Positions 1 to 10,501 are shown, counted from the first letter of the stretch. The stretch is DNA of 64,000 nt from Candidatus Krumholzibacteriia bacterium (GCA_963836185.1 CAWIIQ010000001.1:1440001-1504000), one strand, 5' to 3'. Notes: generated by a model from the sequence alone, not told the origin. Made by a program: numbers and translations.

Positions 1-257
1 ACCGTACAGCTAATGGAGCGGAACAGAAGCAGACGATGGTCGCTGTGGGGAAATATCTTTCCGAAGGTCTCTACGTGAAGTACAGACAGGGGCTTGCGAT
101 CTCCACTGTCAGGCAGATCGAGGTCGAGTACAGGATAAGCAGGCTTTTTCTGATAAGAACACAGCTGATAAAGCATTCCGATTCGACCATGCAGGGAGAG
201 AGTTCGAGGAGCACAGACGAGTATAACGTCGATCTCAAGCTGCGCTGGGAGTTCTGA
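1..257 (+). CDS. tamB: TamB/DUF490-like C-terminal end (partial, runs off window start)
   Basis: C-terminus 'VAVGKYLSEGLYVKYRQG...IEVEYRISR...VDLKLRWEF' matches the typical TamB terminus; precedes an Omp85 gene. Confidence 0.75.
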   Translation, partial: RTANGAEQKQTMVAVGKYLSEGLYVKYRQGLAISTVRQIEVEYRISRLFLIRTQLIKHSDSTMQGESSRSTDEYNVDLKLRWEF

Positions 258-344
258 CCTCACGGAATATTCGTTAAATCACTTGAAAATAAACAAATCA
301 GGGGACATCTTTAGACAGGATTAAGCCCCGCGGGAGGATAGTAG

Positions 345-3300
345 ATGAGGCGGTCCATAAACCGTCTGCTGGCGCTAGCGCTGATCTTGATAGCCATATC
401 AGCCGCGACGGTGGAAAATGCCGGCGCGCAGGCGTGGTGGTTCGGTAAAAACAAGGTCCAGTACAACAAATTCAAATGGAGTGTCCTCAAGACACCCCAT
501 TTCGATGTGCATTTCCACGAGGGATACCGGGACCTTGCCGCCAGAACCGCCGTGATCCTCGAGTACGGGTACGGCAAGCTCTCTAACGATTTCGATCACA
601 ATATCGGGTGGAGGATCCCGGTCATCCTCTATGCGAGCCATTCACTTTTCCAGCAGACCAATATCACATGGGGCCTCCTGCCCGAAGGCGTCCAGGCTTT
701 CGCCGAGCCGACGCGGAAGAGAATGGTGCTGCACTTCAGTGGCACGAACGAGGATTTCGCCCATACTGCGATCCATGAGCTCGTACACATGTTTGAATTC
801 GATATCATATACGGGTCCCTGCTAAGGTCCGCCTTCGCTCAGGGAGCTCTCTTCAACATTCCCCTGTGGTTTGCCGAGGGTATCTCAGAGTACTACTCTG
901 TCGGCGGCATGGACGCCACGGCGAGGATGTTCATGCGCGACGCCACTGTCTTCGATTATCTGCCCTATGATCTGAACTACGCGGGCGGATACATGAACTA
1001 CAAGGCTGGGCAGTCCGCCATCAACTACATAAATGAGACTTACGGACCTGGCAAGGTCGTGGAGATCATGGACCAGTTGAGGTACCAGCGCTCCCTGGAT
1101 GCTGCGCTCCAGTCTACGCTCGGTATAAATACCAGTGAGCTGTCGAAGGCGTGGAAGAAGGAACTGCGGCGCAAGTACTGGCCGAACTATGCCGACAAGA
1201 TGGAGCCCGAGCATCACGGCCGGCGACTGACCGATCATCTCAAGGAGCACAGCTACCAGAACACGAAGCCCGAGTTCTCTCCTGACGGCGAGTATATCAT
1301 CTTCTACTCGGACAAGAAGGGCCTCGACGGCATCTACCTGATGAACGCCATTACCGGCAAGATAGAGAAGAAGATGTTGACGGGATCGCTGTCCGAGAAG
1401 TTCGAGTCGATACGGTCGATGAAATCCAGCCTAGCCTGGGCGCCCGATGGGCAAAGCATCGCGTTCGTCGCCAAGTCGGACGGGCGCGACAGGTTGTTCG
1501 TCCTCTCCGTACCGAGGGGCAAGATCCTCAAAGAGGTCGATATGCCGGTCGACTTCTTCTTCAGCCCGACCATCTCTCCCGACGGGAAGATGGTAGCCTT
1601 TGTAGGGACTCATAAGGGCCGGACCGATCTGTATGTCTACGATTTTGATAAAGAGACGACGACTCAGGTGACCGACGATATGAATGACGAGGCGGATCCT
1701 TCCTGGTTCCCTTCCGGCAGGAAGCTTGCCTACAGCAGGCATCCTCTCGTCGCCGTCCAGCCGATATTCGCGCCGGACAGCGCGGGGGTCGAGAGGCTCG
1801 CCGGCGTCAACCTCCAGCTCAGCGACAACGTCCTGGAGGTAGAAACTGATATATGGACCGTTGATGTCGATACGAAAGAGAAAGAACTGCTTATCTCTAC
1901 CCCTGGTAACGACAGCGCTCCGCTGATAATCAACGGGGGTGAGGAGCTCATATTCACCTCGGACGAGACGGACGTTACAAATCTTTACAGGGGTAACGTG
2001 GTCAATGGTGCGTATCACCGCTTTACCGATGTTCTCGGCGGTATTTTTACACCCTCTATCTCAGAGGACAGGGACAGGCTCGTATTCAGCGCCTTCAACC
2101 AGGGCGGATACGACCTCTTCGTAATGGAACAGTTCTCCCAGAAGTCATCGGTCTCGTATTCCACGGGGAGCCCGATGCTCTCGGAGGCCCGTGATACGGC
2201 CAGGCCATTCGGGCAGGTGCCTGATTACAGTATCAAGGCGCCGGAGCTCTCGTCAGGGGAAACCGCTTCGACTGATCCGGCCGATTCACTCCTTAACACG
2301 ATCGACCTCGGTAAGAGGTGGCTCGGTGACGGCGATAATGTCGTGTCAGGGTCGGTCAGCGGCGAGATCTCGGGAACAGGGAGCAAACCTCCCTCTGACA
2401 AGGGAATTCCCGAGACCGGGTTTGAGCAGGATCCTCCGTTCATAGTGATAAATGAGGATTCGAAGGAAGATATCCATCCCGATTCGCTTGAGGCGAAAAG
2501 GGAGATCATGAAGCAGAAGATAGGCACGATCGAGCCGTACCACCTGAAATTCCAGCCCGATTACATCGGTAACGGAGTAGGGCTCTTCTTCTCGACAGGG
2601 CTCGGTTTCGGCCTGGCCAACCAGGTCGCGTTCAGCGATCTGCTCGGTGACCATCACATTTTCCTGCAGTTCGGCCTGTACGGGTCGCTCGAGGACAGCG
2701 ACATCATGCTGAGCTACTATTACCTCAAGCGCAGGCTCGACTACTCGTTCGGTATATTCCAGTTCAAGAACTATCTCAACTCGAGGGTTTCTTCGGTCGG
2801 GGAGATATTCACCGACTACAGGTATTTTTCAGAACGGAATTACGGAGTATACGGCAATGTCAGCTTTCCGTTCTCGATGTTCACAAGGGCCGACCTTGAT
2901 GTGCAGGCGTTCATCTCGGAGCGTGAGTTCTTCCTCACGCAGGATATGGTCGGTACACCCGAGGAGGAATATTTTCTCAGCAACGGGCTTTCTCAGAGAA
3001 GGCTCTTCCAGCCGACCATCTCAATGGTCCATGACTCGGCATATTACGGATCGTTCGGTCCGGCGATCGGGTCGAGGTGGATGATAAGTGCTTCGCGGGC
3101 TGTAGGATTCACGAGCAAGGACATCTCGAGGACGACCTTCCTGCTGGACTACAGGAAGTACATGCCTCTGTGGTACAGGAACTCGCTTGCCCTGCGAGCC
3201 GTGACGAGTATGAGCACCGGCCCTGACAGGCGATTCTTCTTCCTCGGCGGACCGCTTACGCTCAGGGGTTACGAGTACCTGCAGTTCCAGGGACCGAAGA

Positions 3301-3623
3301 TGATACTGGTAAATCTCGAGTACAGGTATCCTCTGATCGACGCGTTGATATTCGGGTGGCCCGGAAGGTGGGGGATCGGGAATATCGGCGGGACTCTCTT
3401 CTTCGACACTGGTTCGGTATGGGGAAATCCTGTCTTCATCGAGCCGATGGACCCGAGGCTGAAGCCGAGGGAGGTCAATGGGCTCGACTTCTGGAGCGAC
3501 TTCGGTGTAGGATTCTACATGAGGTTCGGGTACATGGTGCTCGACTTCCAGCTGGGCTGGCCGACCGACTTCAGGTATACAGGCAGTCCGGCATTCCATT
3601 TCTATATCGGGCCGCAATTCTAG
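345..3623 (+). CDS. Omp85/BamA-TamA family outer-membrane protein with N-terminal zincin (peptidase MA-like) and PD40 beta-propeller domains
   Basis: Signal peptide; 'FGKNKVQY'; HELVH and 'PLWFAEGISEY' zincin motifs; SPDG repeats; 'FFLGGPLTLRGYEY' Omp85 motif; terminal aromatic 'FHFYIGPQF'. Confidence 0.85.
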   Translation: MRRSINRLLALALILIAISAATVENAGAQAWWFGKNKVQYNKFKWSVLKTPHFDVHFHEGYRDLAARTAVILEYGYGKLSNDFDHNIGWRIPVILYASHSLFQQTNITWGLLPEGVQAFAEPTRKRMVLHFSGTNEDFAHTAIHELVHMFEFDIIYGSLLRSAFAQGALFNIPLWFAEGISEYYSVGGMDATARMFMRDATVFDYLPYDLNYAGGYMNYKAGQSAINYINETYGPGKVVEIMDQLRYQRSLDAALQSTLGINTSELSKAWKKELRRKYWPNYADKMEPEHHGRRLTDHLKEHSYQNTKPEFSPDGEYIIFYSDKKGLDGIYLMNAITGKIEKKMLTGSLSEKFESIRSMKSSLAWAPDGQSIAFVAKSDGRDRLFVLSVPRGKILKEVDMPVDFFFSPTISPDGKMVAFVGTHKGRTDLYVYDFDKETTTQVTDDMNDEADPSWFPSGRKLAYSRHPLVAVQPIFAPDSAGVERLAGVNLQLSDNVLEVETDIWTVDVDTKEKELLISTPGNDSAPLIINGGEELIFTSDETDVTNLYRGNVVNGAYHRFTDVLGGIFTPSISEDRDRLVFSAFNQGGYDLFVMEQFSQKSSVSYSTGSPMLSEARDTARPFGQVPDYSIKAPELSSGETASTDPADSLLNTIDLGKRWLGDGDNVVSGSVSGEISGTGSKPPSDKGIPETGFEQDPPFIVINEDSKEDIHPDSLEAKREIMKQKIGTIEPYHLKFQPDYIGNGVGLFFSTGLGFGLANQVAFSDLLGDHHIFLQFGLYGSLEDSDIMLSYYYLKRRLDYSFGIFQFKNYLNSRVSSVGEIFTDYRYFSERNYGVYGNVSFPFSMFTRADLDVQAFISEREFFLTQDMVGTPEEEYFLSNGLSQRRLFQPTISMVHDSAYYGSFGPAIGSRWMISASRAVGFTSKDISRTTFLLDYRKYMPLWYRNSLALRAVTSMSTGPDRRFFFLGGPLTLRGYEYLQFQGPKMILVNLEYRYPLIDALIFGWPGRWGIGNIGGTLFFDTGSVWGNPVFIEPMDPRLKPREVNGLDFWSDFGVGFYMRFGYMVLDFQLGWPTDFRYTGSPAFHFYIGPQF

Positions 3624-3671
3624 GATGCCGTCCGGCATAAGTCTCTGATTGAAACGAAAGGGCTCCGCAGC

Positions 3672-5831
3672 TTGAAGACCGAACTGAATCCGCAACAGAC
3701 GCAGGCCGTCGAGAAGACGAATGGTCATATCCTCGTTCTCGCCGGAGCAGGAAGCGGGAAGACGAGGGTCCTCACCGAAAGGATCGCCTATCTTGTCAGG
3801 GAGAAGAAGGTCTCCCCGGACCGTATTCTCGCTTTCACATTCACAAACAAGGCTGCAGGCGAGATGCGCGGCCGGGTCGCCAGGGCGGTCTCCGGTATGG
3901 GGGCGCCTTCGTGGATCGGCACCTTTCACGCGACCGGCCTTCGGATCCTCAGACGCGAGGCGAAACATATAGGGTTTAAAAACAATTTCGCGATATACGA
4001 TGAAGTCGACGTTACGAGCCTTATCAAGGATATCATGAAGAAGAAGGGGTGGAAGCTCGATGAGTACCCGCCCTCGGCGATAAGGAGCAGGATATCACGC
4101 TGGAAAACCGGTCTTGTTCCTCCTGGAGAGGCCTTCGACAAAGCGGTGGACAGGCTCGAGGAACTGTACGCCACTGTCTACGGCGAATACGACCGGCAGT
4201 TGAAGAAATGCAACGCTTTCGACTTCGATGACCTTATCGTACGGGTTGTGGAGCTCTTTGCCGCCCATCCGAAGGTGCTTGACCGGTACGCCAGGCAGTT
4301 CAAGTATGTCCTTGTCGATGAGTTTCAGGACACGAACACGATCCAGATGGTAATGATAGACATGCTCGCATCAAAGCATCGCAATCTGTTCGTGGTAGGA
4401 GACGACGACCAGTCGATATACGGCTGGAGGGGAGCAACGATAGAGAACATCCTCCAGTTCGACCGCGTCTACGCGGACACCTTGACGATCAAGCTCGAGG
4501 AGAACTACCGGTCGACAGGGACGATCCTCGACGCTTCGAACGCCGTTATCGCCAACAACGCGGGCCGCAAAGGGAAAAGCCTCTGGTCGAAGAAAGAGCG
4601 CGGTGAGGCAGTAAAGATATACCATGCGTCAGACGATCGCGGCGAGGCGCTGGAGGTCAGGCAGGCAATAGTCAAACTTATCAGGTCGGGCTGCAAGCGT
4701 GACGAGATAGCCGTCCTCTACCGTACGCACGCGCAGTCACGGGCGCTCGAGTCGGCGTTGATGAAGGGTGGGCTTCCGTACCAGATAATCGGCGGTGTTC
4801 GCTTCTACGAGAGAAAAGAGATAAAGGACCTGCTCGCATACCTCAAGCTGATCAGCAATCCCGACGACGACGTAGCCTTCCGCCGGGTGCTGAATGTCCC
4901 GAAACGCGGCATAGGGGGAGTGACGCTTTCAAAGATAGAGGAGGAGGCGGCGGGCGAGAGCCTTCATCCGTTCATCCGAAGGCCCGGTGCCCTTGACAGC
5001 CTCGGCTCGGCACAGAGGACGAGGGCGATCGAGTTCTCGAAGATGATGGCATCGTTCGAGCTGATGGCTCCCGACCAGACGGCGCACGAACTTCTGTCGA
5101 CCGTCATCGAGAGGACCGGATACAGGGATTATCTCAAGGAGGACCCGGCCACGGCGCAGACTAGGCTGGAGAATGTCGAGGAACTCCTCAACGAGACGAT
5201 GAGATTCTCCTCCTCGTCCGAGAATCCCGTGCTGGCAGTCTTTCTCGAGGAGATAGCCCTGCTGAGCGACCTCGATGCAATGAAGAACGAGGAGAAGGTC
5301 AACCTGATGACCCTTCATAACTCGAAGGGGCTCGAGTTCAGAGCGGTTCTGATCACCGGGCTAGAGGAGGGACTGCTTCCGCACTACTCGGCTTTCGATG
5401 ACGACACCGAGCTCGAGGAGGAGAGAAGGCTCTTCTACGTCGGTATGACGAGGGCGATGGAGCAGCTCTATCTATACTGCGCAGCGAGCAGGATGCAGTT
5501 CGGCAGCTGGACGGGCAACAGGCCGTCGAGGTTTTTAGCCGAAGTGCCGGAGGAGCATACTGAAGTCACGGGCCTTACTGCTCCGAAAAGGTCCTTCTCT
5601 GACGTCGCGGCATCGATCCCGTCGTTCGATTCGTTCTCGGACAGCTCGGACGTACACCGCGAGGACTCGAGGTACCGCGTCGGAGTCACTGTTTTCCATC
5701 CAAAATTCGGTGAGGGAAAGATCAAGAGCCTCGAGGGATCGGGTGCCGAGCTGAAGGTCTCAGTCCAGTTCCCCGGCTACGGAACGAAGAAGTTCCTCGC
5801 CAGCTACGCTCCGTTTACGTTCAGGCGATAA
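3672..5831 (+). CDS. uvrD: ATP-dependent DNA helicase UvrD/PcrA
   Basis: LAGAGSGKT Walker A, VDEFQDTN, GDDDQSIY, LMTLHNSKGLEF, EEERRLFYVGMTRA, C-terminal Tudor-like HPKFGEG; TTG start. Confidence 0.95.
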   Translation: MKTELNPQQTQAVEKTNGHILVLAGAGSGKTRVLTERIAYLVREKKVSPDRILAFTFTNKAAGEMRGRVARAVSGMGAPSWIGTFHATGLRILRREAKHIGFKNNFAIYDEVDVTSLIKDIMKKKGWKLDEYPPSAIRSRISRWKTGLVPPGEAFDKAVDRLEELYATVYGEYDRQLKKCNAFDFDDLIVRVVELFAAHPKVLDRYARQFKYVLVDEFQDTNTIQMVMIDMLASKHRNLFVVGDDDQSIYGWRGATIENILQFDRVYADTLTIKLEENYRSTGTILDASNAVIANNAGRKGKSLWSKKERGEAVKIYHASDDRGEALEVRQAIVKLIRSGCKRDEIAVLYRTHAQSRALESALMKGGLPYQIIGGVRFYERKEIKDLLAYLKLISNPDDDVAFRRVLNVPKRGIGGVTLSKIEEEAAGESLHPFIRRPGALDSLGSAQRTRAIEFSKMMASFELMAPDQTAHELLSTVIERTGYRDYLKEDPATAQTRLENVEELLNETMRFSSSSENPVLAVFLEEIALLSDLDAMKNEEKVNLMTLHNSKGLEFRAVLITGLEEGLLPHYSAFDDDTELEEERRLFYVGMTRAMEQLYLYCAASRMQFGSWTGNRPSRFLAEVPEEHTEVTGLTAPKRSFSDVAASIPSFDSFSDSSDVHREDSRYRVGVTVFHPKFGEGKIKSLEGSGAELKVSVQFPGYGTKKFLASYAPFTFRR

Positions 5832-5895
5832 GCTCCTTTCAGAACACCTGTTTACATGCAGGGGGGCACTGGTTCAAGTCCAGTATTGCCCGCCA
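5823..5895 (+). pseudogene. Degenerate tRNA-Val(TAC)
   Basis: Intact T-arm ACTGG-TTCAAGT-CCAGT, acceptor AGGCGAT/ATTGCCC, 3' GCCA; anticodon arm CCTG-TTTACAT-GCAGG one base short; D-arm collapsed. Confidence 0.75.
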
Positions 5896-5961
5896 TTTTA
5901 CTTCAAACACATCAAAGGGATACAGCGTCATCATGTAGGAGCCGGAGGCGTGATATGTCCC

Positions 5962-5982
5962 GGGGGCACCAGGGGGGCACCA
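5962..5982 (+). repeat. Direct repeat GGGGGCACCA x2 (integrase arm-site-like)
   Basis: gggggcacca-g-gggggcacca about 65 bp downstream of the tRNA remnant. Confidence 0.55.
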
Positions 5983-6080
5983 GTATGTTGGGAGGTAGAT
6001 CCTGAAGGAGATAGGGTTGCATTTCAGATATTACCAATTCAAACTGGATCCGTTCTAGGGGGTCAGGTCACACTGATATA

Positions 6081-6302
6081 GACGGGGGAGCGATATATAA
6101 TTACCATGCCAGCCCCGAGATCGACTTCTGTACCATAGCAGGCAATAAAGCAAGGGAAGGGGCCGGCATATACAGCATGTTTCCAACGTCACACCCGGTA
6201 GTGACGAACAGCATCCTGTGGAGCAACAATTCCCTGATCGGGCAGCCGCAGGTCCAGGACGTCGGAGGCGCGGTTACAAGTGTGACCTACACCGATTCGT
6301 AG
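6081..6302 (+). pseudogene. Startless fragment of a right-handed parallel beta-helix protein
   Basis: Manual translation DGGAIYNYHASPEIDFCTIAGNKAREGAGIYS...VVTNSILWSN...VTYTDS*; GGAI/N.A/NSILW.N repeats; no start codon. Confidence 0.6.
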
Positions 6303-6365
6303 ACAAAAAGAGTAAGATTGTCGGTCAGGTCACAAAGGGATAGGGGATCAGAGCCCTGATGATAT

Positions 6366-7563
6366 CTATACGATGAACTCCCTCGGCACGTCGTTCAGGC
6401 GCGCGATCTTCGTGATCTTGCCTTTCACATCGAAATTCATCGCACAGGAGACCGTACATGTGCCGCAGCTGCCGCACGGGTCGTTGTCCTTGACCGCATA
6501 GGACAGGGTGTCGTGGGCGTGAGCAAGATTGCGATAGCCGTATGCATACATGTGGCTGCGCATGAGAGTGGGGATGTCCAGTCCCTGGCTGCACTGAGGC
6601 AGACATATCCCGCACTGCTGGCAGAAGGGGCCATCGGGACTTTTCATGAAGACTCAGTTTCAGGTCAGACTTTTCCACGTCGCTGAGGGAAAGGTCAGCC
6701 ATCACGGAGATGTCTTTCTGGAGCTGATCGAATGTCGTAACGCCGGGCACGGCTGTATGGACGTTTTCATTCTGCAGGGCCCATTTAAGGGCCGCAGTCG
6801 AGTTGATCGGCTCTTTGCGGTCCTTGTCCCAGTAAGCACCCGCCATAGTCTTCATGGCTATGATACCCATACCATTCTTTGAGGCGTGGGCCATAGCCTC
6901 GCTGATTTCCTTGCTGTTGTTCTTTCTGAAGTTGTAGGCGACAAGGCAGACATCGTATATTTTCGCTTCTACCGCTGCCCGGATCGCTTCATCTTCATGG
7001 CTGTGGGTGGCGATCCCGATGAACCTCGCCTTGCCGGAATTCTTTATATCTTCCATCGCTTTGAGATAGGGAGCATAGAAGACTGATTCTCTTTTTGCCA
7101 TAAAGGGCAGCAGGAATATGTCTATATAGGCGACTCCCAGCCGGTCCAGGCTCTCATAGAACTTCTTGATGAAGGGCTCTACTTTGGCGCCTTCATTGAA
7201 TATCCCTTCCTTGTGATTGAAGTTCTCCGGCATGGCGCTCGTCATGATGATCACAGATTTCCTGTCACGATCCTTGATGACCTCTCCGATCATACTTTCA
7301 TTCTGTCCATTGCCGTAATACTGGGATGTGGCCAGGAGGGTCACACCTTCGTCCAGAGCGGCCCTGATCAATCCCGGATCATTGGTGTCTCCTGTACCGA
7401 TGCTGACGGCAGGCAGCTTGATCCCTGTTTTGCCCAGTTTACGGTAGACGAACTTCTTTTTTTCGGCTGATTTGGTCTCAGCTTTTACAGGGGAGCCTGA
7501 GAATACAGTCATCCCCGCTACGCCCGCGAGGCCGGTCTTCAGAAAGTCTCTGCGATTCTTCAT
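6366..7563 (-). CDS. Tat-exported aldo/keto reductase with C-terminal 4Fe-4S domain (frameshift near 6640)
   Basis: NRRDFLK Tat motif; YRKLGKTG, GKARFIG, IAMKTMAG; the Cys-rich tail CQQCGICLPQC lies in the adjacent frame (6366..6647). Confidence 0.85.
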
Positions 7564-7654
7564 TGTTCAACCCCTTGTGCTCGTGGAGGAGATCCGATAA
7601 TCGATAAACACCTGAAAGGTCATCATGTGCCAGAGCATTCCCCTGTTTATACTG

Positions 7655-8680
7655 TCAATCCCACTTCGCCGATGTGGCCAGGCTGTCGATAAAGGCTGCT
7701 TCCATCCACCAGACCGCCGGATTGCCGTAGCCCGGGGAGTTATGCATCTCCATCATGTGCTCTCGCGTAAGAGGCAGTTTATCAGACTCTTGCGCTTCTT
7801 TCTTTCTCGATGACATGAAGAAGAAATATTTACCGTCTGGAGAGACGTATGGAGAATACTCCAGGCCGCCCTCCGTATTGACGGGCTTGCCCATGTTGAT
7901 AAGGGCGCTCCATCTGTCATCATCGTTGCGGAAGGTGATGTAGTAATCGGTGGAGCCGTGGGAATCCTTTCGCCCGAATACGCAGACGATAAGGAAACGT
8001 TCATCGGGATCTATGAAAGCGTTGAACTGTGCGTTGGTCGTGTTTACATGGTCGGGGAGCTGCTCCGGTTCGGCGAATCCATCACCGTCCGGCCTGGCGC
8101 GGAATATTCTGCTCACCCTCGTTCCCGGTTCTTCGCGCGTGAAGTATATCGTCCCGTTTCTCGTGACAGAGGGGAAGTACTCAGGCGCTTCCGAGTTTAC
8201 CGGAGGCCCGAGGTTGTAAGCGTCAGTCCATCCATCTTCGGCACGGTCCGCTACCCAGATGTCCTGGTTGCCGCTTTTGTTCGAGATGAAGAAGAAGCGT
8301 GAGCCGTCTGGATGGATGAACGGCTCTATATTCATCCATGCCGGGTCGCAGGCGAATTCGAGCGCTTTCGGCTCGGTCCATCTGCCGTTCTCGAGTCGCG
8401 TTCCGAATATCGCCGTATAGGAGTAGTTGCCGACTATCGAGCAGAAATATATCTCCCTGCCGTCGGGTGTCATCGCGAGGTCACGGGTATATAGCCCCGT
8501 GCTGACGATGCCTTCAGCGAAGATGGCCGGTTCAGCCCCCGGAAGCTCCTGTCCGAGATAAGGCCCCCCTGAAGAGGGTGTGTTGCCGCTTCCTTCGGGA
8601 ATCCCGGAACACCCGGTGAGAAGAAGAGTGGAGGCGGCGATGATGAAAAAGGCGGTCAGGAGTCGTGCTCTATCGGTCAA
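7655..8680 (-). CDS. PD40/TolB-like beta-propeller lipoprotein
   Basis: Lipobox LLTGC; 'GPYLGQELPG..PAIFAEGIVS'; repeats TPDG, HPDG, 'NLGPPVNS', SPDGKYFFF. Confidence 0.8.
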   Translation of the reverse strand: MTDRARLLTAFFIIAASTLLLTGCSGIPEGSGNTPSSGGPYLGQELPGAEPAIFAEGIVSTGLYTRDLAMTPDGREIYFCSIVGNYSYTAIFGTRLENGRWTEPKALEFACDPAWMNIEPFIHPDGSRFFFISNKSGNQDIWVADRAEDGWTDAYNLGPPVNSEAPEYFPSVTRNGTIYFTREEPGTRVSRIFRARPDGDGFAEPEQLPDHVNTTNAQFNAFIDPDERFLIVCVFGRKDSHGSTDYYITFRNDDDRWSALINMGKPVNTEGGLEYSPYVSPDGKYFFFMSSRKKEAQESDKLPLTREHMMEMHNSPGYGNPAVWWMEAAFIDSLATSAKWD

Positions 8681-8692
8681 TTTGAGGTCCTT

Positions 8693-10471
8693 TCATCGTT
8701 CAGTTTCGACAAGCCCGTAGTATATAACAGTCCCGAGTGAACCAACGGCAAAGATATCCGTACTTGATGTACCCCATACGCCGCGGAGGTGTTCCCCCGT
8801 GCCGCAGTCTTCGAACGTCCATGACTCTCCATCGTACCTCAATACGGTGCCGTATTCTCCGACGGCGATAAGATCGTCAGCGGCGAATCCCCAGATCCCG
8901 TAGAGCGGCCTTGTAGTGGGCGTCTCCATCAGTTCCCACGCTGTCCCGTTGAAATGGACTATCGTGCCGCTCATCCCCACGGCGAAGATGTCCTGATCGG
9001 AACTTCCCCAGATGTCCATGAGCTGCCTGTCTACACCGCTGTTCATCGGTGTCCAGGTGTCACCGGAGAGCCGGAATATCCTTCCGCCGCTCCCGACCGC
9101 GAAGACATCACCCGGCGCCGGGCCCCAGACGCCCCAGAGCTGGTCGAAATCGGGATTTCCCGCCAGGGTCCATTCGGAACCTTCGAAGTGATAGATCCTG
9201 CCGTATGCCCCGACGCCCCAGACATCTGATTCGTTGAACCCCCATATATCATAGAGAGGAGTGACCTGTAATTCAGAGGGATTGTTCCACTGTGCGCCGT
9301 CGTATATATATGACATGCCTCCCTCGCTTGCCGCCATCATCCAGTCACCGTAGCGGCCCCAGAGGGAGTGGATGTTGTCGGAGGTGACAGATGTCGTAAC
9401 CTCCCAGACTTCCCGGTCGAAATGCAGTATCGTACCGGTCTGGCCGGCGGCGAACACGTGCTTTCCAGCCCCATGGACCGAATAGAGATGGGCATATGTC
9501 GTGCGGGATTCGATAAGCCAGTTCGCTCCATCGTATCTCAGTATCGCGCCGGGAGCGCCTACACACAAAGCCTCTCCGCCGCGGGCCCAGACAGATTCGA
9601 GGAAGAGATTGTGATCGGTGCCGGTCAGGTTCCACTGCTCTCCGTCATATTCAAGGATCGTTCCGTTGTCTCCGACCGCGAATATCTCACTGCTCGATAC
9701 TCCGTGGATATCCCGGAGCGGCTGGGACGTTCCGCTGCGCATCGTCGTCCAGATCCCCTGTGAATAGTGCAGTATAAATCCGCCGTAACAGACTATATAG
9801 ACATCACCCTCGGGATCGATCCATACCCCCATGCACCAGGCCATATAGGGTGTATGTAACCTTGTCCATTTTATTCCATCGAAATGCAGGACGATGTTGT
9901 ATTCCCCCACTGCGTAGATATTGCTGCCGGAAGTGCCGTATATATCATGGAGATCGACTGTTGTCCCGCTTTCCATCTCTGTCCATTGTGACCCATTGTA
10001 ATGGATGATCTTTCCGGACCTTCCCACAGCGAATACGTTGGAAGAAGAGGACCCCCAGACCGACAGGAGATCTGTCGAGACGGGAGTGGACTTGATCTTC
10101 CAGCTTCCGTCGTATTCAGCGGCAATTCCGGATTTGCCCACGGCGTAAAGCGTTCCGCTTGTGTCTCCCCATATGCCGGTGAGATCCTTGCTCGTTCCGA
10201 CAGGCATGGGCAGCCAACCCTCACCAGTGGAATAGAAGGCCATTCCGGCATCGCCGACCGCGTACGCCGTCGATTCTCCGTCAACCCAGACCGCGCGGAG
10301 TGTCTTTCCGGAAGCGAGGGTCGTCCATCTTATACCTGTCTCTGGAGGCGGATCGTCTATATTGACATCAAGTGGAGGGTCTTCGCCCGAGCATGAGGAC
10401 ATTATGAGGATGAAGGCAGCGATGACCGTCTTGCGGCCGCAGAGGGAGGGGAGTTTTGATCTTGAGGCCAT
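8693..10471 (-). CDS. Repeat-rich beta-propeller lipoprotein (L..VWG...D.FAVG..G.I.HY.G..W repeats)
   Basis: Lipobox MSSC; about 14 tandem repeats of roughly 39 aa. Confidence 0.75.
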   Translation of the reverse strand: MASRSKLPSLCGRKTVIAAFILIMSSCSGEDPPLDVNIDDPPPETGIRWTTLASGKTLRAVWVDGESTAYAVGDAGMAFYSTGEGWLPMPVGTSKDLTGIWGDTSGTLYAVGKSGIAAEYDGSWKIKSTPVSTDLLSVWGSSSSNVFAVGRSGKIIHYNGSQWTEMESGTTVDLHDIYGTSGSNIYAVGEYNIVLHFDGIKWTRLHTPYMAWCMGVWIDPEGDVYIVCYGGFILHYSQGIWTTMRSGTSQPLRDIHGVSSSEIFAVGDNGTILEYDGEQWNLTGTDHNLFLESVWARGGEALCVGAPGAILRYDGANWLIESRTTYAHLYSVHGAGKHVFAAGQTGTILHFDREVWEVTTSVTSDNIHSLWGRYGDWMMAASEGGMSYIYDGAQWNNPSELQVTPLYDIWGFNESDVWGVGAYGRIYHFEGSEWTLAGNPDFDQLWGVWGPAPGDVFAVGSGGRIFRLSGDTWTPMNSGVDRQLMDIWGSSDQDIFAVGMSGTIVHFNGTAWELMETPTTRPLYGIWGFAADDLIAVGEYGTVLRYDGESWTFEDCGTGEHLRGVWGTSSTDIFAVGSLGTVIYYGLVETER

Positions 10472-10501
10472 AACTTAAAATATGACCGCGGCAGGGGGGT
10501 G

